Below are positions 38,210-48,191 of a stretch of DNA of 64,000 bases, piece by piece (within the stretch, counting starts at the first letter, position 1; each line of letters opens with the position of its first letter). A program made the translations under genes and the position numbers. The notes under the pieces were generated by a model. The model ran no database searches, had not been told where the DNA came from, and worked only from the letters and a program-made list of their open reading frames with translations. Origin of the DNA: a virus (Duplodnaviria > Caudoviricetes); the IMG/VR virus record IMGVR_UViG_3300010429_001264. One strand, written 5' to 3'.

Positions 38210-38935
38210 ATGAAAATTTTAACTATATCGGACGTTCATGGTCGGGATGATTGGAAAAAAGAAGTTTATGAAAATGGAAACTTTCTAGCTGGGAAAAAAT
38301 TTGATAAAGTTGTTTTTTTGGGGGACTATTTAGACTCTTTTGATAAATCCAATTCAGAAATTTATATAAATTTTAAAGAAATAATTGAACTAAAAAAGAA
38401 ATATCCAAATGACATTATATTATTGATTGGTAATCACGAAATGTCATATATGGATCCTTTTTATCGTTGTAGTGGTTATAGGCCAGAAATGTCATTCTTT
38501 GTTAAAAGATTATTGGATTCAAATATTGAATTATTTCAGTTAGCCTATCAAGTTGGTAATCATCTATGGTCTCACGCTGGTGTCCATAAGGGCTGGTGGG
38601 AATATTACGCTCAGCCAATAATTGAAGGAAAAATAGAAAAGAGATATACTCCTTTCTTTGTGAATTGTGATAATATTGCTGATCAACTAAATTTGATGTT
38701 TGAATTCAAAGAGCCAATTTTATTTATGGTCGGGCATGATAGAGGTGGAACGTCAAAAGTTGGCGGGCCGCTTTGGATAGATAAAGGAACTCTTTATCGT
38801 AAAGGATTAGAAGGATATCATCAAATTGTTGGGCATTCACCAGTAAGAGCTATTAAAAATTTTGATTTTAGTGATGGCACGTCTCTTACATTCACAGATT
38901 GTTTAAATGAAGATTTTTATTATCTTGAAATTTAA
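38210..38935 (+). CDS. Calcineurin-like metallophosphoesterase
   Basis: SDVHG, GDYLD, GNHE, SHAG, VGHS. Confidence 0.9.
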   Translation: MKILTISDVHGRDDWKKEVYENGNFLAGKKFDKVVFLGDYLDSFDKSNSEIYINFKEIIELKKKYPNDIILLIGNHEMSYMDPFYRCSGYRPEMSFFVKRLLDSNIELFQLAYQVGNHLWSHAGVHKGWWEYYAQPIIEGKIEKRYTPFFVNCDNIADQLNLMFEFKEPILFMVGHDRGGTSKVGGPLWIDKGTLYRKGLEGYHQIVGHSPVRAIKNFDFSDGTSLTFTDCLNEDFYYLEI

Positions 38936-38979
38936 GAAAAATAAATTAATATATAGAAATAAAAAAAAAACTATTTTAG

Positions 38980-39366
38980 GTGCATATAAAAAAATCATTC
39001 GAGCAATTTAATTTTGAAGATGATCCATTTAGAGAGGATGAACGTCCAGATTTACCAAGACCAGATCTTATTATAGATGAATTTCGTTGGTGTCATGAAA
39101 CACTATATTATCCTAGTGATATCAGAAAAGTCACTGATCCAAACAATTATTATTATATAATTACCTTGAGCGTGCCTGGTGAATTTTATAAAATGATCAC
39201 TTGTAAATATTGGAACACCAAAAATATTTTAAGAATTTATAAATCGGATTCAAAAACTATCAGTTTTTTTGTTAATAATTTTAATGATGTAATGGCAATA
39301 GTTCGCCCGATGGTTCAAGCTGAGAATGAATATCAATTAATGCCAAAATATAGAGCAAACAGATAA
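38980..39366 (+). CDS. Hypothetical protein with CTS-like and DDPF motifs
   Basis: HIKKSFEQFNFEDDPFRED. Confidence 0.65.
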   Translation: MHIKKSFEQFNFEDDPFREDERPDLPRPDLIIDEFRWCHETLYYPSDIRKVTDPNNYYYIITLSVPGEFYKMITCKYWNTKNILRIYKSDSKTISFFVNNFNDVMAIVRPMVQAENEYQLMPKYRANR

Positions 39367-39382
39367 AAAATAAAAATTGACA

Positions 39383-40441
39383 ATGATATTGGATTTTAAA
39401 CTCTTTGAAACAACAGAAGCAAACGATTTGGTTATATGCCGAGCTAATATCGATGGCATAGGCTCTAAAAATCATGTCGGATATTTGAAAAAAGGTGGAG
39501 TTGAGTTTCTAGTTCGATTTAGTGACAGATTACATGACCTGAATGGTGAAATAAGTAATGATTATGGTTGGATGATAGACAAAAAATATACCATACCATT
39601 TGATGATAATTCTGGACCAAAAACTATGCCGCTAGTATATTCGACTGATTTTAGGAAAATGTGTGAAAGAGGTTTGACTTTCTTATTAGGATACGAGCAC
39701 ATTTATTATAGCGATGTATCTTATGTAAAACCAGGAGATAAAATTGATCAAGTTTCCTGTCTATCACTTACAAATTATAAAAAATTATTAGATGTGAGTG
39801 AAGTGTGGACAACACCGATGCGTCAAAATATGTCCATTGGTAGATTTTTGAGAAAAATATTACCATTTGAGGATCAAAAAACTATAGAGGATTATGTTAA
39901 CGAATATAAATTCATTTTTAATCTTTTTAAAAATGAAATTGGCTCATTTAGAAAAGTTGGTGGTGAAGAAATGAGAAAATGGTACCTTGAGTATAATTAT
40001 GAAATTGGTGGAGGAAATCTTTGCCAATCTTGTATGAGACACATCAAATCTCAAAGAAGATTATCCATATATACTCAAAGTCCAAATAAAGTTAAAATGT
40101 TGGTAATAGTAAGTCCTAATGAAAAACTTATTGGAAGAGCTTTATTGTGGCGACTTGATGAGCCAGCCGGCGCTTTTTATATGGATAGAGTATATGTCTG
40201 CGAGGATCATTATAAAAAATATTTTGACGATTATGCTAAAAGAATGCATTTTCTAACAAAAGAATATGTTGATAAAAACGATATAGCTTTGAAGGTTTAT
40301 TTAAATAGAGATTTTGGGCCGCCATCACAAAATCCTTTTATGGACACTTTTAAAATTTTTGTTAAAAATGGAAATTATTTAACAAATAAATTTGATAATT
40401 ATAAACCGAATGAATATTATGAATATATAGATCACGATTAA
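39383..40441 (+). CDS. Conserved phage protein of the SCMR/GRALLW/YMDRVY type
   Basis: QSCMR, GRALLW, YMDRVY, PFMDTF; MILDFKLFE start. Confidence 0.65.
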   Translation: MILDFKLFETTEANDLVICRANIDGIGSKNHVGYLKKGGVEFLVRFSDRLHDLNGEISNDYGWMIDKKYTIPFDDNSGPKTMPLVYSTDFRKMCERGLTFLLGYEHIYYSDVSYVKPGDKIDQVSCLSLTNYKKLLDVSEVWTTPMRQNMSIGRFLRKILPFEDQKTIEDYVNEYKFIFNLFKNEIGSFRKVGGEEMRKWYLEYNYEIGGGNLCQSCMRHIKSQRRLSIYTQSPNKVKMLVIVSPNEKLIGRALLWRLDEPAGAFYMDRVYVCEDHYKKYFDDYAKRMHFLTKEYVDKNDIALKVYLNRDFGPPSQNPFMDTFKIFVKNGNYLTNKFDNYKPNEYYEYIDHD

Positions 40442-40458
40442 AAAAAAATATAAAGTAA

Positions 40459-41199
40459 ATGGAAAATGACATTCAACCAAGAAACCCTATTATTAAAGTA
40501 GAAGAGCTAAAAGGTCAAGATATAATAAAAGCTTATGATGGCGAATATTTATCGGATGATTTTGGATATTCCTGCGCTAATTTTAATGTTTATGATTTTA
40601 AAAAGGGGTATGGAAAAAAATCAGATCAAGATAATGATATGCAAATGTTTGACATATTTATCCAAAATCCAAAAAATATATCTTGCTTTGTTGCCTATAA
40701 CGAAGATGGTGAAATAATTGGTCGTAGAATGTTCTTCAAAGGAAAGTCATTACTTGATGACAAACTTTATGACATACCAGATAAACTCGGTCATATGGCT
40801 TATTATCTTTATGGTTATTATGGCGAGCATAATAAAGATTCATTTAATGCTATAACAAGAAAGGCTATAATGAAATATGGACAAAATGTCATACATACAG
40901 ATAGGTCAGTTGTTATTAATGGTAGATCAACAGAAGAACCAAATTATTTTATTCTTCAAATAGAAAAAGCCGATTTTAGTGTTTATCCCCCAATAGATCA
41001 TTTGTATCTTTGCCCAGAGATAAGAGCTTTTGCTAATTTTGAACCAGAAGGTCAAGTATTAAAAACTCTTGGAGATCAGATGAAAAAAGATGGACTAAAA
41101 TTTGGACAGGCTTATAGATATAAAAAGAATCGTGTAGATCATTTGGATTATAAAACTTGGTTACAAAACCTGGGATATAATATTGATGATTTTGATTAA
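40459..41199 (+). CDS. Divergent paralog of the SCMR-type domain
   Basis: YSCAN, IIGRRMFF, YPPIDHL follow the neighbour's motif order. Confidence 0.55.
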   Translation: MENDIQPRNPIIKVEELKGQDIIKAYDGEYLSDDFGYSCANFNVYDFKKGYGKKSDQDNDMQMFDIFIQNPKNISCFVAYNEDGEIIGRRMFFKGKSLLDDKLYDIPDKLGHMAYYLYGYYGEHNKDSFNAITRKAIMKYGQNVIHTDRSVVINGRSTEEPNYFILQIEKADFSVYPPIDHLYLCPEIRAFANFEPEGQVLKTLGDQMKKDGLKFGQAYRYKKNRVDHLDYKTWLQNLGYNIDDFD

Positions 41200-41203
41200 T
41201 TTT

Positions 41204-41593
41204 TTAATCTGAAAATCCCCAATTTTCCTCTCCCCAAGGATCATCTTTTAAATTATATATTCTTTTTCTATTAACTGCATCTAATTCGTGCGGATAATAT
41301 CTAAATTTTTTTCCATTTTCCCATTCTACTGTCACAGGAACATATTTTTTATCTGATGACGGCTCCGCTGCCCAATCAGCTTCATCGAAATCTTCTGAAT
41401 ATTCAGATGATGGTTCGCCTATCTCCACTATTTTTCCTTTGGGAGTTGAAAAAGTAAAAGGCTCGTCATCGATATCATATTCGGAGCTCAACATCTTATT
41501 TTTGAATTCATCAGTTAATTTTACATAATCTCCAACTTTTATATCATTGTGAGTTAAATCTTCATTTAAAAATTTTTCAAATTTTGTTATCAT
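41204..41593 (-). CDS. SH3-like protein with CTS-like start and C-terminal DDPWGEENW
   Basis: MITKFEKFLNE; IKVGDYV...VEWENG. Confidence 0.7.
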   Translation of the reverse strand: MITKFEKFLNEDLTHNDIKVGDYVKLTDEFKNKMLSSEYDIDDEPFTFSTPKGKIVEIGEPSSEYSEDFDEADWAAEPSSDKKYVPVTVEWENGKKFRYYPHELDAVNRKRIYNLKDDPWGEENWGFSD

Positions 41594-41595
41594 GT

Positions 41596-41853
41596 TTAAT
41601 TTGAATGTTTTTTATAATATTTGCTAACAGTCCAGTTATACCAATTTCTTATGACAAGATTGGTTTCTATTCCCCATACCATAAGATCTTGTAATCGTTT
41701 TGTAAATTGATAAAAATTGTTATTTCTTCTTCCGTATTGTGGCAAGACCTTTTCAATAAAATTGTTTTCATAATCAAAAGCCTCATTTGGACTTTCGTCA
41801 TTATGATGTTTTAAATCATATAGCTCTGTTATTTGAGATCTTCTTTCTATCAT
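41596..41853 (-). CDS. Hypothetical protein
   Basis: ORF track. Confidence 0.6.
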   Translation of the reverse strand: MIERRSQITELYDLKHHNDESPNEAFDYENNFIEKVLPQYGRRNNNFYQFTKRLQDLMVWGIETNLVIRNWYNWTVSKYYKKHSN

Positions 41854-41936
41854 CTATTCTTTTTATTTAATTTGATTGTATATATTAAAAAATTCATTTT
41901 AATTTTTAATATATATAAAAAAAAAAATAAAAATAA

Positions 41937-42356
41937 ATGAAGCATATAAAATTATTCGAAGAAATTGGTTTTACATATTCCAATAAAGAAGAAGGAAAAA
42001 TTGATCCATTTAAAGAAGAGGAAGAATCATTTATGACATTTGATATTGATTCCATATCTAAACCATATAAAAAAATAGCAAAAGAAGCTTTTAATGCTGG
42101 CAAAACATCCACATTAACCTTTGATGAGTGGTGGAATAAAGTGTGGGTATATGGCAAGAAAGAGGATAAAAAAGTTGAAAAGACTTATAATAAAATTGGA
42201 TTCAAGACCGCAGAAAAAGAACTCAATAAAGTTGAAGCTTCAAATCCGCTAAGACCACCAAAACCTCCAACAAGGCCACCTAGCAAACCAAGACCAGAAA
42301 CCCCCATAAAAAGACCTAGAAAAGGTATATGGTTTGAAGGAGAAGAAGAAATATAA
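41937..42356 (+). CDS. Pro-rich protein with CTS-like start
   Basis: MKHIKLFEE; IDPFKEEE. Confidence 0.7.
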   Translation: MKHIKLFEEIGFTYSNKEEGKIDPFKEEEESFMTFDIDSISKPYKKIAKEAFNAGKTSTLTFDEWWNKVWVYGKKEDKKVEKTYNKIGFKTAEKELNKVEASNPLRPPKPPTRPPSKPRPETPIKRPRKGIWFEGEEEI

Positions 42357-42863
42357 TTATTTTCTTTTTAAATTCACTCCCATTTCATCCATTCTCTTTT
42401 TCATTTCATTGTACTGTTTTAGAAATTCACCTGGTGGAAGATTTTTATCTATTTCAAAGACAATAGTTTCTTCCATATTATTTTCAAGTTGAATGGGATT
42501 AACTTCATTATCAAATATTTTATTTAAAGTTCTTGATAAATAAGTTCTCATATCAATATTATCACCATTATCATAAACAAATTCATATGTCTTATCTTCA
42601 TCGAAGATCTTGAACTCATTTGGTTTGTATTGATTGTCAACATAAAAACCAAGTGTTCCTATATGCCCCATTTTTGATATATAAGTTTCATATTCAAGTG
42701 AATATCTCTTTACAAATGGATCTTTTATTTTTATAACTAATTGCCCTGGCCCTTTATCTCCTTCTTTTTTTGCTTCTGACATAATTGAAGAGCCCAAATC
42801 GAGTTGAAATTCTTTTATTGTTCTAAATTTTCGAATTAAATAATCTGATGACACGACTTCCAT
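42357..42863 (-). CDS. Hypothetical protein
   Basis: Start moved to MEVVSSDYL, downstream of TATATA, removing overlap with the upstream gene. Confidence 0.65.
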   Translation of the reverse strand: MEVVSSDYLIRKFRTIKEFQLDLGSSIMSEAKKEGDKGPGQLVIKIKDPFVKRYSLEYETYISKMGHIGTLGFYVDNQYKPNEFKIFDEDKTYEFVYDNGDNIDMRTYLSRTLNKIFDNEVNPIQLENNMEETIVFEIDKNLPPGEFLKQYNEMKKRMDEMGVNLKRK

Positions 42864-42915
42864 ATAAGAGAGTTTTATTCTTATATATAAAAATGAATGA
42901 GTTTCCCTAAAAAGA

Positions 42916-43485
42916 TTAAAGCATTGGTGGAGCACCAGCCTCACCGCCTGCTGGAGCTGTAGCCATTTCACTTCCACCACCAGCCTCGGGCGGGGCTCCT
43001 TGCTGAGCTCCTTGCTGAGCTCCTTGTGATGGAGTAGTAGATTGTGATTTTGGAGCTTCTATTTTATTTTTATCTGGATTTTTTTTCATATCTTCTATCT
43101 CAGATAACTTTTTAACAATAAAGTCCTCTTTTATATCATTTATTTCAACTTTTTTATCATTTGTCAATTCTAATGTTTCAATTGGTCTTCCCCCACCTGG
43201 AATATCTATTTGAGATGGATCATATTTTTTTATAATAACATCACAATGCTCTAAATCTTCTATATTCATTCTTATTATTAATTGATAATAAAACTCGTCA
43301 TCGCTGAAATTTACAATAATGCTCCTTCTGGCTGCCGAAGTCGATTTTGGCACATCAGTATCAATCAAATTTGATCTCATTGAAAATTCACCACTTTGAA
43401 ACCAATAACTTATTCTTTTTTGTAGTTTATCTAAAATGGACTGCATTTCATAACTATCATTTGTAAATTGCTCGAATTTTTTCAT
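42916..43485 (-). CDS. Hypothetical protein with CTS-like start and Gly/Ala/Pro tail
   Basis: MKKFEQFTND. Confidence 0.7.
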   Translation of the reverse strand: MKKFEQFTNDSYEMQSILDKLQKRISYWFQSGEFSMRSNLIDTDVPKSTSAARRSIIVNFSDDEFYYQLIIRMNIEDLEHCDVIIKKYDPSQIDIPGGGRPIETLELTNDKKVEINDIKEDFIVKKLSEIEDMKKNPDKNKIEAPKSQSTTPSQGAQQGAQQGAPPEAGGGSEMATAPAGGEAGAPPML

Positions 43486-43572
43486 ATCTATTGTTCAATA
43501 TTTTTTATTCTATATATTAAATTTTTTTCATCATTTAAATTTAATATATAATAAAAAACAAAATTTAAAGAT

Positions 43573-43872
43573 ATGAAAAAAATTAAAGTCGTTAAATTTG
43601 ATAATTTTATTTTTGAACAATCTGGATCGGGTGATGTAGCCGCTGGAGGTGGTGGAGGAGTTGCTTATACAACATTGAATATGAATGGAATGGGCAATGT
43701 TGTTGCTCCACAAGCAAGCTCTATACCAGGATATGTTGGTGGCTCAACAATCGGAAGTGGAGATTTGCCAGCTTATAACACTGGAAAGAAATTCCAAAGT
43801 ATAACAGGACCAAAGAAAGGAAAAAAAGGAAAGAAAAGTAAAAGAGTTAGATTTTATACGAAGATATCATGA
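43573..43872 (+). CDS. Gly-rich small protein with CTS-like start
   Basis: KFDNFIFE. Confidence 0.65.
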   Translation: MKKIKVVKFDNFIFEQSGSGDVAAGGGGGVAYTTLNMNGMGNVVAPQASSIPGYVGGSTIGSGDLPAYNTGKKFQSITGPKKGKKGKKSKRVRFYTKIS

Positions 43873-44102
43873 AAAAATTTAATGAGTATTTTGACAACAA
43901 CGCATATTCAAAAATATTGGTAATTGGAATACCAAGTGGTGAAGTTTTGTTTTTAACAAAACAACAATTAAATTTTTTAATAGGAAGAGATTATTTAACA
44001 TATAAAAAATCCCTCAACGGAGTCAAAATAGAAAAATATTGTTTTAATGATGAACATATAAGAGATATAAAATATTTCTTAGACGTAATAGAATGGCACT
44101 AA
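43869..44102 (+). CDS. PSGE-family small protein
   Basis: MKKFNEYF...VIGIPSGE. Confidence 0.65.
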   Translation: MKKFNEYFDNNAYSKILVIGIPSGEVLFLTKQQLNFLIGRDYLTYKKSLNGVKIEKYCFNDEHIRDIKYFLDVIEWH

Positions 44103-44813
44103 TTATTTTTCTTTGCCCTGAGTGCCGAATATGGCTCCCTTTAATAAAGTTGGATCTTTTTTGAAATCATCTATTATTTCATTCCATTTATCTGGATCAA
44201 AAGTTATTAAACCATCATCTGGTATATCTTTTCCACTTTCGCCACCTATTTCATTTTTAGTTTGCTGTTCGTTTATTTCTCTATGCTCGTATTCATCGCG
44301 CAAATCCTTATAAAATGATTTCATTTTTGTTAAAAGATCATTCATCATTTTTGAGCTATCCCTTATTTCTTTTTGGTAAGCATTGACAGCTTGATGCATA
44401 TCTGGATCAGATGACATACCAGCATCCAATTGACGCATACAATTGATCAATCCTCTTTTAGCGCAAGATATTGAAAATTTAATATCACTTATTATTTCAG
44501 CGTCATTTTTTATGATTGTTTTGACACCTTTCTTTTTAACCAAATCTTTATTTAAATATAATCCAGATAGACTATCCAAAGTATCTCGAGCGTCTTCCTT
44601 TATGGTTTCAAGATCCTTATCATAATTATATTTTGTATATTCAAATTCTAGTCCAGGCAATAAATCATTTGGTGGAGTTAAAGCAGATATGTCATCCATT
44701 TCACTTATAACATCTTTTATACTACTATCAAGTTTAGCTATATCACTTAGATGTTTATCTACATCAAAATCTTCATTTTTCTTTTTAGTAGAAGGTCTTC
44801 CTCTTTTAGGCAT
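44103..44813 (-). CDS. Coiled-coil hypothetical protein
   Basis: PKRGRP basic N-terminus, helical body. Confidence 0.65.
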   Translation of the reverse strand: MPKRGRPSTKKKNEDFDVDKHLSDIAKLDSSIKDVISEMDDISALTPPNDLLPGLEFEYTKYNYDKDLETIKEDARDTLDSLSGLYLNKDLVKKKGVKTIIKNDAEIISDIKFSISCAKRGLINCMRQLDAGMSSDPDMHQAVNAYQKEIRDSSKMMNDLLTKMKSFYKDLRDEYEHREINEQQTKNEIGGESGKDIPDDGLITFDPDKWNEIIDDFKKDPTLLKGAIFGTQGKEK

Positions 44814-44884
44814 TATTATTCATTATTTTTTATTTTATATATTGAAATATAAATTATGTTTTGACTTTTATAGTTTCAAGTGGG

Positions 44885-45505
44885 TCATATGTTCAAATTT
44901 ATATTTCTTTTTTTACAATAATCTCTTAAGTAATCTTTATATTCATCAGAAAATGAATTATTATAACAAGATAACTCTTTGAGGTTTATCAGGTTCTCTA
45001 CTCCCCCAAGACTGGTCAGAGAATTATTAGAACAATATAACACTTTAAGATTTATCAAGTTCTCTATTCCATCGAGACTAACAAGAGAATTATTAAAGCA
45101 ATGTAACTCTTTAAGATTTATCAAGTTTTCTATTCCATCGAGACTAACAAGAGAATTATTAAAGCAATGTAACTCTTTAAGATTTATCAGGTTCTCTACT
45201 CCCCCAAGACTGGTCAGAGAATTATTATAACAAGATAACCTTTCAAGATTTATCAGGTTCTCTACTCCCCTGATACTGACGAGAGAATTATTATAACAAT
45301 ATAACTCTTTAAGATCTATCAAGTTCTCTACTCCATCGAGACTGGTTAGAGAATTATTAGAACAATTAATTTCCTTTATGGTTAGCGGATCTCTATCTCT
45401 ATATTTATCTCTGAACCAATCACCAAATGTATATTTTCTTGGAGTGTCCTCGCCCCAAGGATCATCTTCTAGATCAAATTGCTCGTATAATTTCAAGTGT
45501 TTCAT
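44885..45505 (-). CDS. LRR protein, close paralog of 960-1832
   Basis: Shared DPWGEDTPRKYTFGxWF N-cap and near-identical 66-bp repeats. Confidence 0.9.
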   Translation of the reverse strand: MKHLKLYEQFDLEDDPWGEDTPRKYTFGDWFRDKYRDRDPLTIKEINCSNNSLTSLDGVENLIDLKELYCYNNSLVSIRGVENLINLERLSCYNNSLTSLGGVENLINLKELHCFNNSLVSLDGIENLINLKELHCFNNSLVSLDGIENLINLKVLYCSNNSLTSLGGVENLINLKELSCYNNSFSDEYKDYLRDYCKKRNINLNI

Positions 45506-45507
45506 TT

Positions 45508-45909
45508 TCAATTATATTTTATTGTTAAAGTGTGTGGAAAGAAAAGTGTGTCGTTCTCCGAGAAACTACAATTTTCTTTTGATAATATTTTACTTTCAAA
45601 AATTTCATTCGATAATAAGTCATTCATATCCGATTTGTTTTTAAAAAATAAAATTATTTCTTCATTGAATTCATCATTTATAACTACATCATAATCTTTT
45701 GGCCGAATACCCAAGGTTTGTAAAAACCGCCCAAAATCATCATCACCAATAAAATCTATTGCCCAGGTTGTCATGCATTTAAGATTTAGTTGATTTAATA
45801 TATCTTTTACAACATCAGATATTTCAGATGGAGATAATTTTTTTTCATAATTTTCTTCTCCCCAAGGATCATCATTATCAAATTGTTCGTATATCTTTAA
45901 ATGTTTCAT
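45508..45909 (-). CDS. Hypothetical protein with CTS-like and DDPWGE motifs
   Basis: Start moved to MKHLKIYEQFDNDDPWGEE. Confidence 0.7.
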   Translation of the reverse strand: MKHLKIYEQFDNDDPWGEENYEKKLSPSEISDVVKDILNQLNLKCMTTWAIDFIGDDDFGRFLQTLGIRPKDYDVVINDEFNEEIILFFKNKSDMNDLLSNEIFESKILSKENCSFSENDTLFFPHTLTIKYN

Positions 45910-45922
45910 ATTTTTGTCTTTT

Positions 45923-46372
45923 TTAAAATGGCACAAAGAAATTTTCAGGTATATTGAAATTGAATTTTTTAAAAAAACCAATATTATCTTCATAATCCCC
46001 ATGATATCCTAGATTAAATAAATATTTAATAGATTCATATAAATATTCTTCTGTATTCTTATTTATAATGACTTCAGTTCTATCATCATCCGGATTCCAT
46101 GTACTGCTACAATACATTATTATGTTATCTCTTTCATCCTTATGTACCCAGAACCAACTATCGGCTTTTTCAGGGTGATGGAGTATGAAAGTAATAGACT
46201 CTGAATGATCTTCACCAAATTCGTCTGTGTGCTCCTCAGTATAAATTAAATGATGTATAAATTTTATGTTTTTTAATGCTTCATAAATTTTTTTTATTGA
46301 TGTTCCAGATTCTTCTCCCCAAGGATCATCATCTTCTGGATCAAATTGTTCGTATATTTTTAAATGCTTCAT
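45923..46372 (-). CDS. Hypothetical protein with CTS-like and DDPWGE motifs
   Basis: MKHLKIYEQFDPEDDDPWGEE. Confidence 0.75.
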   Translation of the reverse strand: MKHLKIYEQFDPEDDDPWGEESGTSIKKIYEALKNIKFIHHLIYTEEHTDEFGEDHSESITFILHHPEKADSWFWVHKDERDNIIMYCSSTWNPDDDRTEVIINKNTEEYLYESIKYLFNLGYHGDYEDNIGFFKKFNFNIPENFFVPF

Positions 46373-46387
46373 ATTTTTATATGTCTT

Positions 46388-47152
46388 TTAAAATTCTCCT
46401 TCATCTGTTTTTTTGTTTCTAAATTCGTGTTTAATGACTTTAAATTTGCCATTTTTTAATATAGCAACAACAGCTCGATCTTCATAATCCCAAGGAATCC
46501 TATCATAAACACGCAAAGCATGATCTTTTGAACTATAAACGAGAGCTGTTTTTGACAATCTTCTTATATCATCTTTAGTAAGAAGACTTCTAGATTGAAT
46601 AACAATAACATATCCTTCAACATTTTCATCTTCTTTTTTTTGAATATCTTCGCCCCAAGGATCATCTTCATCGAATTGCTCATATAATCTTATGTGTTTT
46701 AAATTTTCAGTTATTTTCACTGGTTCTATTTTTTGAATTTCAACGGGCGCTTCTGGCTCGACTTTATCTTTTCTAACCACACTTTCTTTTATTTTTATGT
46801 CATAAAATTCACCACCTCTTATTTCACCTCCTGTTATTTCGCCTTTCAAAAATCTACCATTGAATATGAGACCATCTTTAAATATTCCATTATACCAAGT
46901 ACCATTATACCAAACACCGCCTTCCCAACTACCTGATTTCCACTGCCCATCACGAAAAACTCCATATATCCATGATCCATTGAAAAAGACACCAGAATTG
47001 AATATGAGATGCCCTTTCAATATCTCAATTCTGGCATTCTCTACTTCGCAATCTAAAAACCAATTAAATTTATTTTTTATCAGAATTTCATCAATTTTAT
47101 ATGTTTCTGTATAGATCCTATCTTCATATTTTAACTCTTTATACCTTTTCAT
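46388..47152 (-). CDS. GxWxx pentapeptide-repeat protein fused to an internal CTS+DDPWGE module
   Basis: GSWIYGVFRDGQWKSGSWEGGVWYNG; internal ITENLKHIRLYEQFDEDDPWGED. Confidence 0.75.
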   Translation of the reverse strand: MKRYKELKYEDRIYTETYKIDEILIKNKFNWFLDCEVENARIEILKGHLIFNSGVFFNGSWIYGVFRDGQWKSGSWEGGVWYNGTWYNGIFKDGLIFNGRFLKGEITGGEIRGGEFYDIKIKESVVRKDKVEPEAPVEIQKIEPVKITENLKHIRLYEQFDEDDPWGEDIQKKEDENVEGYVIVIQSRSLLTKDDIRRLSKTALVYSSKDHALRVYDRIPWDYEDRAVVAILKNGKFKVIKHEFRNKKTDEGEF

Positions 47153-47190
47153 ATTTAATTTTATAATTTTTTATTTATATATTAATTTTT

Positions 47191-48156
47191 TCATCTAACA
47201 GTTGAATAGAATATCTTATTTGACTTCTTGAAAAATTTTTTTTCTCTTCTCTTTATATTGTCATATATTATTTTTAAGAAATTTTTAAAGTCTGTATCAT
47301 ATTTACTCAAATAATCTGGTATTCTCATTCTAAAAGATTTATAATTTTTTTCACACTCTTCTACAAATTCTTTTGGTATAGTGTCCAAATCAACTTTTAT
47401 ATTGTTATTTTTTAATTCGCCCACAATTTTATTATATAATGTTTCAAAATCTATTTTTGTTATATTTTCCACATCTTTAGAAGTAGTAGATATATCTTGT
47501 TTTTTTATACCTGGTTTGTCAGCCGAGAATTCACTCATTTTAGATAAAAATTCATTATAAGAAAATAAATAATAATGGACATCTAATATGTCATCTAAAG
47601 TCGAACTCTTTTTTCCATATTTTAAACTAATATCATTTAAAATATTTGTAAAAATTGCCTTCCCCCAAACTTCTTTTGGATCATAATTCTTTTTAAGTAA
47701 TTTGTATCCATAATAAATGTGTTGTAGTTCGTGTCTAATAGTTCTTTGAGTTTCTTCTTTTAAAAATTGTGTTTCTATAACGTTTTTATTAACTCTAATA
47801 AATATTTCCATTTCTTGATATATTTTCCCTCTATATAAAAAAGCATGATCCGCATGTTTTGCATATCTTTTTTTTCTAAATGAAAAAGCCATGCCTCCAA
47901 CTCCGTTATTATTACCGATATTAATTTTTAATTTTAAAACTAAAGAAGCTAAAGGAAAATCTTCATTCTTGGGTATATTTGGATCAATATCATCGAAATG
48001 AATAACAAATTCATCAGCGTAATTTGCCATACCTTTTCTATTAAGCCACCAATCAAACTTTTCCTCAATAAATTTAACCAAATATCTTTCAATCGGTAAT
48101 AAAGAATCCGCAAAACCATATTTTTCATTAATAAAATTGTCAAAACTAATAATCAT
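47191..48156 (-). CDS. Putative zincin metallopeptidase with CTS-like start
   Basis: IRHELQH (HExxH) and downstream YNE; MIISFDNFINE. Confidence 0.6.
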   Translation of the reverse strand: MIISFDNFINEKYGFADSLLPIERYLVKFIEEKFDWWLNRKGMANYADEFVIHFDDIDPNIPKNEDFPLASLVLKLKINIGNNNGVGGMAFSFRKKRYAKHADHAFLYRGKIYQEMEIFIRVNKNVIETQFLKEETQRTIRHELQHIYYGYKLLKKNYDPKEVWGKAIFTNILNDISLKYGKKSSTLDDILDVHYYLFSYNEFLSKMSEFSADKPGIKKQDISTTSKDVENITKIDFETLYNKIVGELKNNNIKVDLDTIPKEFVEECEKNYKSFRMRIPDYLSKYDTDFKNFLKIIYDNIKRREKKFFKKSNKIFYSTVR

Positions 48157-48191
48157 CTTCCTTCTATATATTAAAAAAATATTTTAATTAC

